A stretch of 64,000 nt of DNA, taken from positions 81,236-145,235 of the forward strand of contig CAZTSR010000006.1 in assembly GCA_964615995.1 (NCBI GenBank). The letters run 5' to 3'. A model generated the notes under the pieces. It did not search any database. It was not told the DNA's origin and saw only the letters and a program-made list of their open reading frames with translations. Each line of letters opens with the position of its first letter. The first letter of the stretch is position 1. Below are positions 19,149-28,416 of this stretch, one piece after another. The stretch comes from an uncultured Bacteroidales bacterium. Lineage in GTDB: Bacteria > Bacteroidota > Bacteroidia > Bacteroidales > UBA10428. Both the position numbers and the translations under genes were made by a program.

Positions 19149-20978
19149 TTATTTAACTTCACGAACAGCGCCCTGATCAGCTGATGTAACCATACTTGCA
19201 TAAGCTTTCAAAGCCTTCGAAATTTGTCTGTTGCGGCTGGCAGGAGTAAACGCCTTATCACCCCTGGCTGCCTCTCTTTGTTTGCGTTTATCGAGCTCCC
19301 CCTGCGGGAGCACAACATTCACAGAACGGGAGGGAATGTCTATTTCTATGATATCATTATCCTGAACAAGTCCGATTTCGCCACCTGCAGCGGCTTCTGG
19401 TGATACGTGGCCAATGGAAAGTCCCGATGTACCACCTGAAAATCTTCCGTCGGTAAGAAGTGCGCAACTTTTACCCAGACCTTTTGATTTAATATAGGAA
19501 GTAGGATAAAGCATTTCCTGCATACCCGGACCTCCTTTAGGCCCTTCATGCGTGATAACCACCACATCTCCGGCTTTAACCTTACCACCTAATATCCCGT
19601 CGCATGCATCTTCCTGACTTTCAAAAACGCGGGCTGCACCTTTAAAATGAAATATGGACGCATCCACACCGGCAGTTTTAACAACACAACCATTACGGGC
19701 AATATTGCCATAAAGCACTGCCAATCCGCCATCTTTAAAATAACAATGCTGAATATCGCGTATACAACCATTTTCACGATCCAAATCAAATTCCTTGAAT
19801 TTTACGTTCTGGCTTCCGAGTTTCAGGTTTTTAATGCCTGCCGGAGCACTGGAAAATATTTCTTTTGCCTCGTCAGTGGCTGTGGATCGTTTTAAATCGT
19901 ATTGTTCAATAGCCTGACCAAGCGTCAGCAGATCAACACGTTTAACAGTAGTATCAATCAGTCTGCCACGTTCCAGTTCGCCCATGATGGCCATGATACC
20001 GCCAGCGCGGTTTACATCTTCAACATGGTAATGAGAACTGGGAGCAACTTTACATAACACAGGGATAGTACGGGAAAGCTGGTCGATGTCCTTCATGGTA
20101 AAATCCACTTCAGCCTCCCTGGCAATAGCCAATAAATGAAGCACAGTATTGGTTGATCCTCCCATAGCAATATCAAGCGCCATGGCATTCATAAAAGCGG
20201 TGCGACTGGCAATGGAACGGGGTAAAACCGATGTATCGCCTTCTTCATAATACTTGCGGGTAATGGTAATGATTTGCCGTGCAGCCTTTTCAAATAATGT
20301 TTTTCTGTTTTTATGTGTAGCAACAATGGTACCGTTTCCGGGAAGCGCCAGTCCGATGGCTTCGTTAAGACAGTTCATGGAATTGGCGGTAAACATCCCC
20401 GAACAGGAACCGCAGGTTGGACAAGCCTCCTCTTCTACACTTAACAATTCAGTATCGGCAACAGCATCATCTGCAGCCATAACCATGGCATCTATCAGAT
20501 CGTATTTTCTGTTCCCAATCCTTCCGGCTTCCATAGGTCCGCCAGAAACAAATACTGCCGGAATATTTAAGCGCATAGCCGCCATCAGCATCCCTGGGGT
20601 GATCTTGTCACAATTGCTGATGCAAATCATGCCATCCACCTTATGAGCATTGCACATATATTCAACACTGTCAGCTATCAGATCACGTGAAGGAAGCGAA
20701 TATAACATACCGTCATGTCCCATTGCTATTCCATCGTCAATGGCAATGGTATTGAATTCTGCGGCATAGCAACCTTCTTTTTCAATGATTGCCTTAATCT
20801 CCTGACCAATCATGTGCAGGTGGGTATGACCCGGTACAAACTGCGTGAAAGAATTGACAATTGCGATAATGGGCTTTCCCATTTGTTCGTTTTTCATTCC
20901 AGTTGCACGCCATAAACTTCTTGCCCCTGCCATTCTTCTGCCTTCTGTTGTGGCAGCACTTCTAAGAGTTATTTTCAT
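19149..20978 (-). CDS. ilvD: Dihydroxy-acid dehydratase
   Basis: 609 aa. [16 protein letters not shown], and TDGRFSGGT motifs. Confidence 0.95.
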   Translation of the reverse strand: MKITLRSAATTEGRRMAGARSLWRATGMKNEQMGKPIIAIVNSFTQFVPGHTHLHMIGQEIKAIIEKEGCYAAEFNTIAIDDGIAMGHDGMLYSLPSRDLIADSVEYMCNAHKVDGMICISNCDKITPGMLMAAMRLNIPAVFVSGGPMEAGRIGNRKYDLIDAMVMAADDAVADTELLSVEEEACPTCGSCSGMFTANSMNCLNEAIGLALPGNGTIVATHKNRKTLFEKAARQIITITRKYYEEGDTSVLPRSIASRTAFMNAMALDIAMGGSTNTVLHLLAIAREAEVDFTMKDIDQLSRTIPVLCKVAPSSHYHVEDVNRAGGIMAIMGELERGRLIDTTVKRVDLLTLGQAIEQYDLKRSTATDEAKEIFSSAPAGIKNLKLGSQNVKFKEFDLDRENGCIRDIQHCYFKDGGLAVLYGNIARNGCVVKTAGVDASIFHFKGAARVFESQEDACDGILGGKVKAGDVVVITHEGPKGGPGMQEMLYPTSYIKSKGLGKSCALLTDGRFSGGTSGLSIGHVSPEAAAGGEIGLVQDNDIIEIDIPSRSVNVVLPQGELDKRKQREAARGDKAFTPASRNRQISKALKAYASMVTSADQGAVREVK

Positions 20979-21015
20979 ATCGTTGACTATCAGGTTATTA
21001 GTTCAGTAAAAACAA

Positions 21016-21046
21016 TTAAAAAAGCCATTCTTTGGTAAGAATGGCT
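21016..21046 (-). terminator. Attenuator terminator in the ilv leader
   Basis: Minus strand: AAGCCATTCTT-acca-AAGAATGGCTT (11-bp stem) followed by TTTT. It lies between the leader ORF and the ilvD start. Confidence 0.8.
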
Positions 21047-21079
21047 TCAAGTATATCTTCGCTTATCGCAACACCATTC

Positions 21080-21142
21080 TCACCGGGGCTTATTTAGGAC
21101 CACGAGCACGATTAGGTTCACGATAATAATGATATTTCTCAT
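21080..21142 (-). CDS. ilv operon leader peptide MRNIIIIVNLIVLVVLNKPR (20 aa)
   Basis: ATG at 21142, TGA at 21082-21080. 12 of 20 codons are Ile/Val/Leu. The stop codon overlaps a GAGAATGG segment complementary to the 5' arm of the terminator. Confidence 0.7.
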   Translation of the reverse strand: MRNIIIIVNLIVLVVLNKPR

Positions 21143-21157
21143 TGTTTTTATTTCGGG

Positions 21158-21165
21158 CAAATATA
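21158..21165 (-). promoter_or_regulatory. Candidate Bacteroidota -7 promoter box (TATATTTG) for the ilv leader
   Basis: Matches TAnnTTTG 15 nt upstream of the leader ATG. No clean -33 TTTG was seen. Confidence 0.35.
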
Positions 21166-21411
21166 AAGAAATATATTTTCTGAAAGTATACTTTTAAAAA
21201 AAAATCTTTTAAAATTCAAATAATTACAATTATTCTTTATTTAAAAACTTAGCATACAGTTACTTAAAATTTATCGTTTAAATATCTATACATAAATTCT
21301 TTTTTCAGGCAAATTTCTTTCTTTTTAAAAATCATCTCGTATATATAGCATTTCATTGCGTTTTCTTTCATTGAAAATCGACAAATGTATTTAAGCTCTA
21401 AAAACAAAAGC

Positions 21412-23013
21412 ATGAGGAAAGTATCATTTTTAATAGTCTGTAACCTGTTATTATGGAACATGGTGGCCTTTGCTCAGGACGATGATGTTTCGAAGGGCGG
21501 TTTTGACCACAACAATCTAAATCCATATGTTTATCCAATGGCCACTGAGATATGTGATGGTATAGACAATGATGGTGATGGAGTTATTGATGAGGGAGTA
21601 AAAACCACCTTCTATCGGGATGCTGACGGAGACGGATATGGGGTCACAGACAATACTATTTCTTCATGTACTGCTCCCATTGGATATGTGAGTATTTCCG
21701 GTGATAGTGATGATTCAAATAACACCATTTATCCGGGTGTTACTGAAATTCCAGGGGATGGAATTGACCAGGATGGTGATGGCAGTGAATTGTGCTATAA
21801 GGATTCAGATAACGACGGATACAGGCCGGACGCCACTTCAACTGTTGTCAGTGCCGATTGTGACTGCATCGACTCCGGTGAAGCTACTGCTGCCGAACCA
21901 ACTTATGACTGTGATGACAGTGACCCTGCTATTTGTCCCTCCGTAATGGAAATATGTGATGGTAAAGACAATGATTGTGACGGAACGGTTGATGAGGGAG
22001 TAAAAACCACCTTCTATCAGGATGCTGACGGAGACGGACACGGAAACATAAACATCACTATCTCAGCATGTACTGCTCCCGATGGATATGTGAGTGTTTC
22101 CGATGATTGTGACGATTCAAATAACACCATTTATCCGGGAGCCACTGAAATATGTGATGGTAAAGACAATGATTGTGACGAATCGATCGATGAACTTTTA
22201 CCAACAGCAACATATTACCAGGATACAGATGGTGATGGATTCGGCAACACCAATATTTCAATAACAACCTGCAGTGCACCTGTCGGATATGTTGAAATGA
22301 ATGGCGATTGTAATGACAATGATGAGACTGTTTACCCAGGCGCACCGGAAGGATGTGATGATATTGACAGAAATTGCGACGGGATCACACATAAGAGTAA
22401 AATGAATTCAATTTCCGTATCAGCGTGCGAAAGCTATACAGCACCTGATGGAATTGTTTATAATACATCCGGAATTAAAACAGCAATCATTCCGAACGCG
22501 TCAGGATGCGACAGTACAATTACCATTGACTTAACCATCAATTCCGTAGATATTGCCGTAACCCAGGTTTCAAATACCTTAACTGCTGATGTTACATCTG
22601 CCGCTTATCAGTGGCTAGATTGCAGCAATAATTATCAGGTGGTTCCAGGTGAACGTAATCAGGAATTTTCAGCAACCTCCAATGGCCATTATGCGGTTGA
22701 AATTACCTGGAACGGGTGTATTGATACATCATCATGTTATCAGGTTAATCCGGTGAACATCGCGGATGATTCATTTGAAAAAAACATCCTGGTATATCCA
22801 AATCCTACAGATGGGTTGATTTTTGTTGACCTGGGAAAAAACTTTCATAAAATCCAGGTAATAATAACGGATGTAAATGGCAGAGTTGTTAAAAGGCTCG
22901 ATTTTAGAAACAGACAATTTCTGGAGGTTAATTTGAATGAACCCTACGGAAATTATTTTATGACCATCCTATCCGAAAACCAAAAAGCGACTATTCGATT
23001 AATTAAGAATTAA
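21412..23013 (+). CDS. Secreted T9SS cargo protein with MopE-like Cys/Asp-rich (putative metal/Ca-binding) repeats
   Basis: Signal peptide MRKVSFLIVCNLLLWNMVAFAQ. At least 4 modules of EICDGxDNDCDGxxDEG...Y.DADGDGYG...C.AP.GYV...DCDDSN..IYPGA. C-terminal VYPNPTDG...IRLIKN matches the T9SS type A sorting domain. The ORF track start is 21385. Confidence 0.75.
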   Translation: MRKVSFLIVCNLLLWNMVAFAQDDDVSKGGFDHNNLNPYVYPMATEICDGIDNDGDGVIDEGVKTTFYRDADGDGYGVTDNTISSCTAPIGYVSISGDSDDSNNTIYPGVTEIPGDGIDQDGDGSELCYKDSDNDGYRPDATSTVVSADCDCIDSGEATAAEPTYDCDDSDPAICPSVMEICDGKDNDCDGTVDEGVKTTFYQDADGDGHGNINITISACTAPDGYVSVSDDCDDSNNTIYPGATEICDGKDNDCDESIDELLPTATYYQDTDGDGFGNTNISITTCSAPVGYVEMNGDCNDNDETVYPGAPEGCDDIDRNCDGITHKSKMNSISVSACESYTAPDGIVYNTSGIKTAIIPNASGCDSTITIDLTINSVDIAVTQVSNTLTADVTSAAYQWLDCSNNYQVVPGERNQEFSATSNGHYAVEITWNGCIDTSSCYQVNPVNIADDSFEKNILVYPNPTDGLIFVDLGKNFHKIQVIITDVNGRVVKRLDFRNRQFLEVNLNEPYGNYFMTILSENQKATIRLIKN

Positions 23014-23052
23014 CGCTTACGTTAAATACGTTATTTGCTTCGCGCAAAATAA

Positions 23053-23823
23053 TTACTTATAATATCCATACATAAATTCCATTTCAGGGAGTTGATAACG
23101 TATTCTTTCTTCTGCAGAAAGGGTATCGATAAAATTCTGCTCCCTGATCAGGAAACCTGCTTCCTTCAACCTATCCAGATAATCCAATCCGTACATCCGG
23201 TAATGGTCTTTCTGTCTGAAATGCTTTTCACGGTCTGCCGGATCCGTGATCGAGGCGTCTTCATATGTCTTTGGGGCTGAGTAATCCAGCGGAACTTGCA
23301 GAATGGCATAACCTCCTTGTTTGAGAACCCGGTAAATTTCAGCCATTGCCTTCCGGTCGTCCGGAACATGTTCAAGCACATGGTTGCAGATTACCACATC
23401 AAACTCATCGTTGCCAAAGGGCATGTGCTGCACATCAAGCTTTACATCTGCCAGCGGAGACTCAAGGTCTGCAGTAACATAGGTCAGATTCTTTAATTTC
23501 CTGAAACGCTGGTGAAAACATTGCTCGGGAGCTACATGCAGCACCTTTAGATGATCTGTGAATATCCGCGTACGACTTTTAAAATACAACCAGAGCAGCC
23601 TGTGTCTTTCCAATGCCAGACACCTTGGACATAGCGCATTTTCTCTAACAATATTGTACCCGTAAGGCATAAATTTCCTAAAATGGCCACCACACACGGG
23701 GCACTCCACTTTGTCTCCACGATAAAAGATAGCTGAGAATTTCATAAAAACCTGGCTCATCCTGATCAGCCATGGCCTTGGTATATAATTGAGGAGAAAT
23801 CTGATGATACTTTTCATGGACAA
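23053..23823 (-). CDS. Class I SAM-dependent methyltransferase with an N-terminal Cys4 zinc ribbon
   Basis: CPVCGG...CPRC, then VLHVAPE and FDVVICNHVLEHV (Methyltransf_11-like). Confidence 0.75.
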   Translation of the reverse strand: MSMKSIIRFLLNYIPRPWLIRMSQVFMKFSAIFYRGDKVECPVCGGHFRKFMPYGYNIVRENALCPRCLALERHRLLWLYFKSRTRIFTDHLKVLHVAPEQCFHQRFRKLKNLTYVTADLESPLADVKLDVQHMPFGNDEFDVVICNHVLEHVPDDRKAMAEIYRVLKQGGYAILQVPLDYSAPKTYEDASITDPADREKHFRQKDHYRMYGLDYLDRLKEAGFLIREQNFIDTLSAEERIRYQLPEMEFMYGYYK

Positions 23824-24125
23824 ATATTTATGTAATATCTATAATAAACTTCGTCAGTGCAATAATTGTTCCTGAATAAACAAACTCTGAACAGCAGCAA
23901 TGAATGGAACGATCAGGTACAGGACAAGGTACTTTAAAACAGAACCCAAAAAAATGTTAAAACTCAAAATACCGGTAACACGCTTAAAGAATTCTTTCAC
24001 GGACAGGGTGATTTTGTTTAATGGTTTATAAGAGTTAGGTATTCAAATGCAAAATAAATAATTATTATAAAAATGAATGGCGCTATTTTTATATTTTCGT
24101 GGTCTGTTATTAAATATGAATCATT

Positions 24126-24584
24126 ATGACAAGACCATTTAAAGTATTAGGCATTCAGCAAATTGCTATAGGTAACGAATCAAAAGAGCGGTTGGCCAAC
24201 TTCTGGGTAAACATCATGGGCCTTGAAAGAACAAGCTCCTTTAAGAGTGAAAAAGAAAACGTAGATGAAGATATTCTTCGCATTGGCAATGGCCCTTATG
24301 CTGTTGAAGTAGACATTATGCAGCCCATTGATCCTGAAAAAGCACCAAAAGTTCATGAACCAAAACTGAATCATATCGGACTCTGGATTGATGATTTACC
24401 AAAGGCAGTTGAATGGCTTACAGCACAAGGCGTAAGATTCACACCAGGCGGAATTCGTAAAGGTGCCGCAGGTTATGATGTATGCTTTATACATCCAAAA
24501 GGAAATGATCAGTTCCCGCTATGTAGTGAGGGTGTATTGGTAGAACTTGTTCAGGCTCCGGCAGAAGTGATAGGCAGGAAATGA
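24126..24584 (+). CDS. VOC/glyoxalase-fold family protein
   Basis: 152 aa. Paired beta-alpha-beta-beta-beta modules (IQQIAIG..., [11 protein letters not shown]...). The motif pattern resembles methylmalonyl-CoA epimerase/glyoxalase I relatives. Confidence 0.7.
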   Translation: MTRPFKVLGIQQIAIGNESKERLANFWVNIMGLERTSSFKSEKENVDEDILRIGNGPYAVEVDIMQPIDPEKAPKVHEPKLNHIGLWIDDLPKAVEWLTAQGVRFTPGGIRKGAAGYDVCFIHPKGNDQFPLCSEGVLVELVQAPAEVIGRK

Positions 24585-24586
24585 GA

Positions 24587-24611
24587 GTAATCGGTGATCG
24601 GTAATCGGTAA
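24587..24611. repeat. Tandem GTAATCGG/GTGATCGG units (3 copies), the reverse complement of the CCGATTAC array at 4593-4694
   Basis: gtaatcggtgatcggtaatcggtaa, starting 3 nt after the VOC gene stop. Confidence 0.9.
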
Positions 24612-24614
24612 ACC

Positions 24615-24642
24615 CATCAACAAATCAACAAATCAACAAATA
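24615..24642. repeat. Tandem ATCAACAA units (3 copies), the reverse complement of the TTGTTGAT-type unit at 4411-4460
   Basis: catcaacaaatcaacaaatcaacaaata. Confidence 0.85.
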
Positions 24643-24643
24643 A

Positions 24644-24750
24644 AAAACCGGGTAAGCTGATCATATCGCGCCGCTACAACCGCCTACCCTTGCTGCCTTC
24701 CGGCCCTGGGGGAATTCAGCAGGAGCTGGCCGTATGAGACTTACCCGGCG
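24644..24750 (-). ncRNA. ffs: Small (4.5S-type) signal recognition particle RNA
   Basis: The minus strand reads ...CCGGGUAAG...CCCCCAGGGCCGGAAGGCAGCAAGGGUAGGCGG...CUUACCCGG UUUUUU. The core CAGGNCCGGAAGGNAGCA matches the conserved SRP domain IV (GGAA tetraloop, AGCA symmetric loop). The 9-nt ends pair into one long hairpin, followed by a U-run. Confidence 0.8.
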
Positions 24751-24753
24751 GTG

Positions 24754-24784
24754 CAAAACTAGGAACTTTTATCAAATTAACAAA
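24754..24784 (-). promoter_or_regulatory. Bacteroidota-type promoter for ffs (-33 TTTG, 19-nt spacer, -7 TAGTTTTG)
   Basis: The minus strand reads cctTTGttaatttgataaaagttccTAGTTTTGcaccgccggg. The motif and spacing match the TTTG-N19-21-TAnnTTTG consensus. Confidence 0.65.
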
Positions 24785-24818
24785 GGATATTTCTTTATTA
24801 TGCATCAATGAAAAACCC

Positions 24819-24826
24819 TACTTTTG
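24819..24826 (+). promoter_or_regulatory. Candidate -7 box TACTTTTG upstream of the DUF4199 gene
   Basis: Exact TAnnTTTG match 24 nt upstream of the ATG at 24851. Confidence 0.45.
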
Positions 24827-24850
24827 TAAACAACATCTAAACAGATCAAT

Positions 24851-25405
24851 ATGGAAAAGAAACAATCGTTGCTGCATACAGCAATGACCTATGGTACAAT
24901 ACTTGGCGCAATTTCAATTGTGCTCTCACTGGTTTTGTACATTGCAGGCTATATGCCCGTTAATATGAAACGTATGATCCTGATGTTCCTCATCAGCCTT
25001 GGATTGACAATAGGTTTTGTAGTATCCGGATCAAAATCCTATCGTGATAAGGTACTTGGTGGTCATATTTCTTATTGGCAGGCCTTTTATATCGGTCTGC
25101 TCATTGTTGTTTTTTCATCCATTCTGGCATCATTTTACAATCTGATATTTAACCTGTTCATTGATCCGGGTTACATGGATAAACTAATAGAAGCTCAGAA
25201 AAACTGGACCTTTGATTTCCTGACCAATTTAGGAACCCCTGAAGATAAAATTGAAGAAGCCATGTCGAAATACGAAGAGCAGACAGCCAACTACTCGCCT
25301 TTAAAAGCATTTTTCCAGGGTATATACGTTTCAGCTATTTATGGAGCCATCCTTTGCTTCATTACTTCTATATTTATAAAACGGAATCAGAATCCTGTTG
25401 CCTAA
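24851..25405 (+). CDS. DUF4199-like small membrane protein
   Basis: 184 aa with 4 hydrophobic segments. Its N-terminus and its position directly upstream of a GtrB-like GT2 are typical of Bacteroidota DUF4199 genes. Confidence 0.6.
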   Translation: MEKKQSLLHTAMTYGTILGAISIVLSLVLYIAGYMPVNMKRMILMFLISLGLTIGFVVSGSKSYRDKVLGGHISYWQAFYIGLLIVVFSSILASFYNLIFNLFIDPGYMDKLIEAQKNWTFDFLTNLGTPEDKIEEAMSKYEEQTANYSPLKAFFQGIYVSAIYGAILCFITSIFIKRNQNPVA

Positions 25406-25432
25406 AACTGCATATAACTTAAAAAAACAATC

Positions 25433-26389
25433 ATGAACCGGGATATTTCCGTTGTTGTTCCACTCCTTAATGAATCTGAATCACTTCCTGTGTTAATCGA
25501 CTGGATCAGGAGGGTCATGGATGAAAACAAATATACCTATGAGGTAATTTTGGTTGATGACGGTAGCAGCGACGGATCATGGAAAGTTATTGAAGAACTT
25601 TCCAAAACAAATGAGAACATACGGGGCATCAAATTCCGCAGAAACTATGGGAAGTCAGCAGCATTGCATTGCGGCTTCAGAGTTGCAAAAGGCAATGTAG
25701 TCATCACAATGGATGCCGATCTTCAGGACAGTCCCGATGAAATACCAGGCTTATACAATATGGTTTCCAATGAAGGTTACGACCTGGTATCGGGCTGGAA
25801 AAAGAAAAGGTTTGACAATAAATTTACCAAAAACGTTCCCAGCAAAATCTATAACTGGTCAGCCCGGGTTTTTAGCGGCATTAAGCTCCACGATTTTAAT
25901 TGTGGTTTGAAAGCATACCGCAACGAAGTGGTAAAAGCCATTGAGGTATATGGCGAAATGCACCGGTATATTCCTTTTATTGCAAAAAAAGCCGGATTCC
26001 ATATGATCGGCGAAAAAGTTGTTCAACACCAGAAGAGGCAGTTTGGAAAAACAAAGTTTGGTATGGAGCGGTTTATCAACGGATATCTCGATTTGCTTAC
26101 CATCTCATTCATTTCCAGGTTCGGTCGCCGGCCCATGCATTTTTTTGGGTTGCTGGGTACTTTTATGTTTATGATCGGATTGGCTATGGCATCCTATCTT
26201 GGAATTGTAAAATTGATGTCGGTAGCGCATCATATTCCGGCCAAACTTTTAACACAGAGCCCCTACTTCTTTATAGCGCTGACCTCCATGATTATTGGCA
26301 TGCAGCTGTTTACTGCAGGGTTTTTGGGTGAACTGGTTTCCCGGTCATCATCCAGTCGGAACGAATACTTTATCGAGAAAGAAATTTAA
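25433..26389 (+). CDS. Family 2 glycosyltransferase, polyprenyl-phosphate sugar synthase type (GtrB/ArnC/Dpm1-like)
   Basis: ISVVVPLLNESE, VDDGSSDGS, and MDADLQDSP (DxD) motifs, plus two C-terminal TM helices. Confidence 0.85.
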   Translation: MNRDISVVVPLLNESESLPVLIDWIRRVMDENKYTYEVILVDDGSSDGSWKVIEELSKTNENIRGIKFRRNYGKSAALHCGFRVAKGNVVITMDADLQDSPDEIPGLYNMVSNEGYDLVSGWKKKRFDNKFTKNVPSKIYNWSARVFSGIKLHDFNCGLKAYRNEVVKAIEVYGEMHRYIPFIAKKAGFHMIGEKVVQHQKRQFGKTKFGMERFINGYLDLLTISFISRFGRRPMHFFGLLGTFMFMIGLAMASYLGIVKLMSVAHHIPAKLLTQSPYFFIALTSMIIGMQLFTAGFLGELVSRSSSSRNEYFIEKEI

Positions 26390-28416
26390 GAAGTTGCGTT
26401 TTTCATTTTAAGAAGAATTCGCATATTCTTAATTTCCTGAATAAAAGCATTTATGTTTTTTATCTGATCATATTCATCTTTAAGAATCGTATCCTTTAAA
26501 ACCTTATAGTTGGATTGTATAATCAGTTGATTATTGCTCATTACATTCATATTAAAAACATATGCTCCAAAATCATTTTTAAATTCTCTTGTTTTATTTT
26601 CTGATCCCACCAGCACTATGTCATTTGGAAATTTAAAAATGATCTGCCAATGATCTGCATAGCAATAGTCAAGATAATAGTTTAAACCAGAGGAATCCGC
26701 TTCACTTTGAACCTGACTGTGAAGGATCAGATCATTCAGTGACAAACTGAGCAGGCTGTCATTAATAAATGTGATATTTTTCTCGAGTTTGCCCATACCG
26801 CTTATTGTAAACACAAAAGGTTTTGTGGATTTTAAATCCATTCGGGTAACAGAATCGATTTTCAGAGATGTATTCTCGTCTTCATATTCAGCCAAAGCCT
26901 GGTAAAACTCACCAGCTTCCTTATTTTGATTCAGTGTGTTAATGAAACTTCTCAGATCCGTTGACAGGCCTCCTGAAACACTAAAACTCGAAGTGAATGA
27001 AGCATTTTTATGAACCGGGTCTATTTCGCAGAAAAAGACCTGTTTTGCATAATTGTAATTTACGCCCAACCCTGGAAGTTTGATTACCTCAATAGACAGG
27101 GAGTCGACTTCCGCCAGTTTTAAATCTGCATTAATATATTTATCCGCACTTTTAATTTTACCGGATATTGCAGGTCTTGCAATTACTGCATGCGCATTAT
27201 ATAAAGATGTCGGAAGTTCGTTCATCTGATAATTGTAACCCACATCATGCGGATAAAGGAAATAAATGGAACCCTGCTCGTTTTCATAGGCAAAAAAGAT
27301 ATGATCATATTCTCCTTTTCTGATATAATAAGGATCAATATTCCCCGAACGTTTGCTTCTCGCAAACACAGCCCAGTATTTTATTTCCAGATCCTCGAGA
27401 ATCTGTCGATACAACCGGCGAATACTCAAAGGATCAAAATGCATTTCCTTCAGAAAATAGCCACTTGATTTAATCAATTCTGAAGCATCTATGTTTTGAA
27501 TTTTGTAATTGGCATAAATATCATGCATCAGCAGTCCCAGCTTGTAATACTTACTGCTGTCGACCGCTTCTCCAATGACCCTTTTTTTCCATCTGTTATA
27601 ATATGAGGTGTTTTCATAATCAATCATGATAGGTTGTGTGACGAAATTGAATTCCTGATTATAGACCTCTTTCCAGGTTCTTTGTGAAACACTCCCCTTC
27701 TTATCAATTGAATAATAAATATAAGGCAATTCACATAGCATACAGGTGTATTGATTTTCCTTAAGGCCTTCTATTTCTTCCATCTTAAAAAGACAAAAAA
27801 CGAGCGTATCACTCGCAAAAACAAGTGGTTGGGGAAAGTTGTTGTAAGTTTTGTAATTTATCTGAAGATCAGATGATGTCGAAATTGAATACTCAGTGTT
27901 TAAACTTGGAACCGGACTATATAAATTCACAAAATCACCCAGTTCATAGTCCTCCAGAAATTCATTGGTAGTATATTTTATCTCAATCGTATCGCCCGGT
28001 TCCACACCAGGAATCGGATAATTAATCATTTCAGCCTGTTTTTCATTTTTAATATGTTTTAATACAAGGCTTGAATCCAGCTTTACAACAGTACCATCCG
28101 CTTTTAATGTCCTGATCAGGATAGATTTAAAATACATCCCCGTTGATTTGCTCAAATTTAAAAATGCATATTCTTCTACGCCGGCCCGGCTATTCACTGC
28201 CATTTTGCTTTGAACCGATGTCGATCTCTCATAGGAATCCCAGGACTTTTTATAGGTTACATCGGTATAGAAATATTTCAAATATGCATCAGATTCCATG
28301 CAGTGTTTCATAAATGCAGAATCTGCATCTTTTGCCATTGCAGAACAAACATGAGAACTGATCAGAAAGAATACAAAAATTCTATTCAACTTTGTTTTTA
28401 AGCACGATAGGGTCAT
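26386..28416 (-). CDS. Large secreted DUF3857/transglutaminase-like paralog lacking the catalytic Cys
   Basis: 676 aa with a signal peptide and AT-rich coding sequence. By eye it aligns with the neighbouring 629-aa protein around DHIFFAY...YPHD, but the Cys position reads MHFDPLSI. Confidence 0.5.
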   Translation of the reverse strand: MTLSCLKTKLNRIFVFFLISSHVCSAMAKDADSAFMKHCMESDAYLKYFYTDVTYKKSWDSYERSTSVQSKMAVNSRAGVEEYAFLNLSKSTGMYFKSILIRTLKADGTVVKLDSSLVLKHIKNEKQAEMINYPIPGVEPGDTIEIKYTTNEFLEDYELGDFVNLYSPVPSLNTEYSISTSSDLQINYKTYNNFPQPLVFASDTLVFCLFKMEEIEGLKENQYTCMLCELPYIYYSIDKKGSVSQRTWKEVYNQEFNFVTQPIMIDYENTSYYNRWKKRVIGEAVDSSKYYKLGLLMHDIYANYKIQNIDASELIKSSGYFLKEMHFDPLSIRRLYRQILEDLEIKYWAVFARSKRSGNIDPYYIRKGEYDHIFFAYENEQGSIYFLYPHDVGYNYQMNELPTSLYNAHAVIARPAISGKIKSADKYINADLKLAEVDSLSIEVIKLPGLGVNYNYAKQVFFCEIDPVHKNASFTSSFSVSGGLSTDLRSFINTLNQNKEAGEFYQALAEYEDENTSLKIDSVTRMDLKSTKPFVFTISGMGKLEKNITFINDSLLSLSLNDLILHSQVQSEADSSGLNYYLDYCYADHWQIIFKFPNDIVLVGSENKTREFKNDFGAYVFNMNVMSNNQLIIQSNYKVLKDTILKDEYDQIKNINAFIQEIKNMRILLKMKNATS

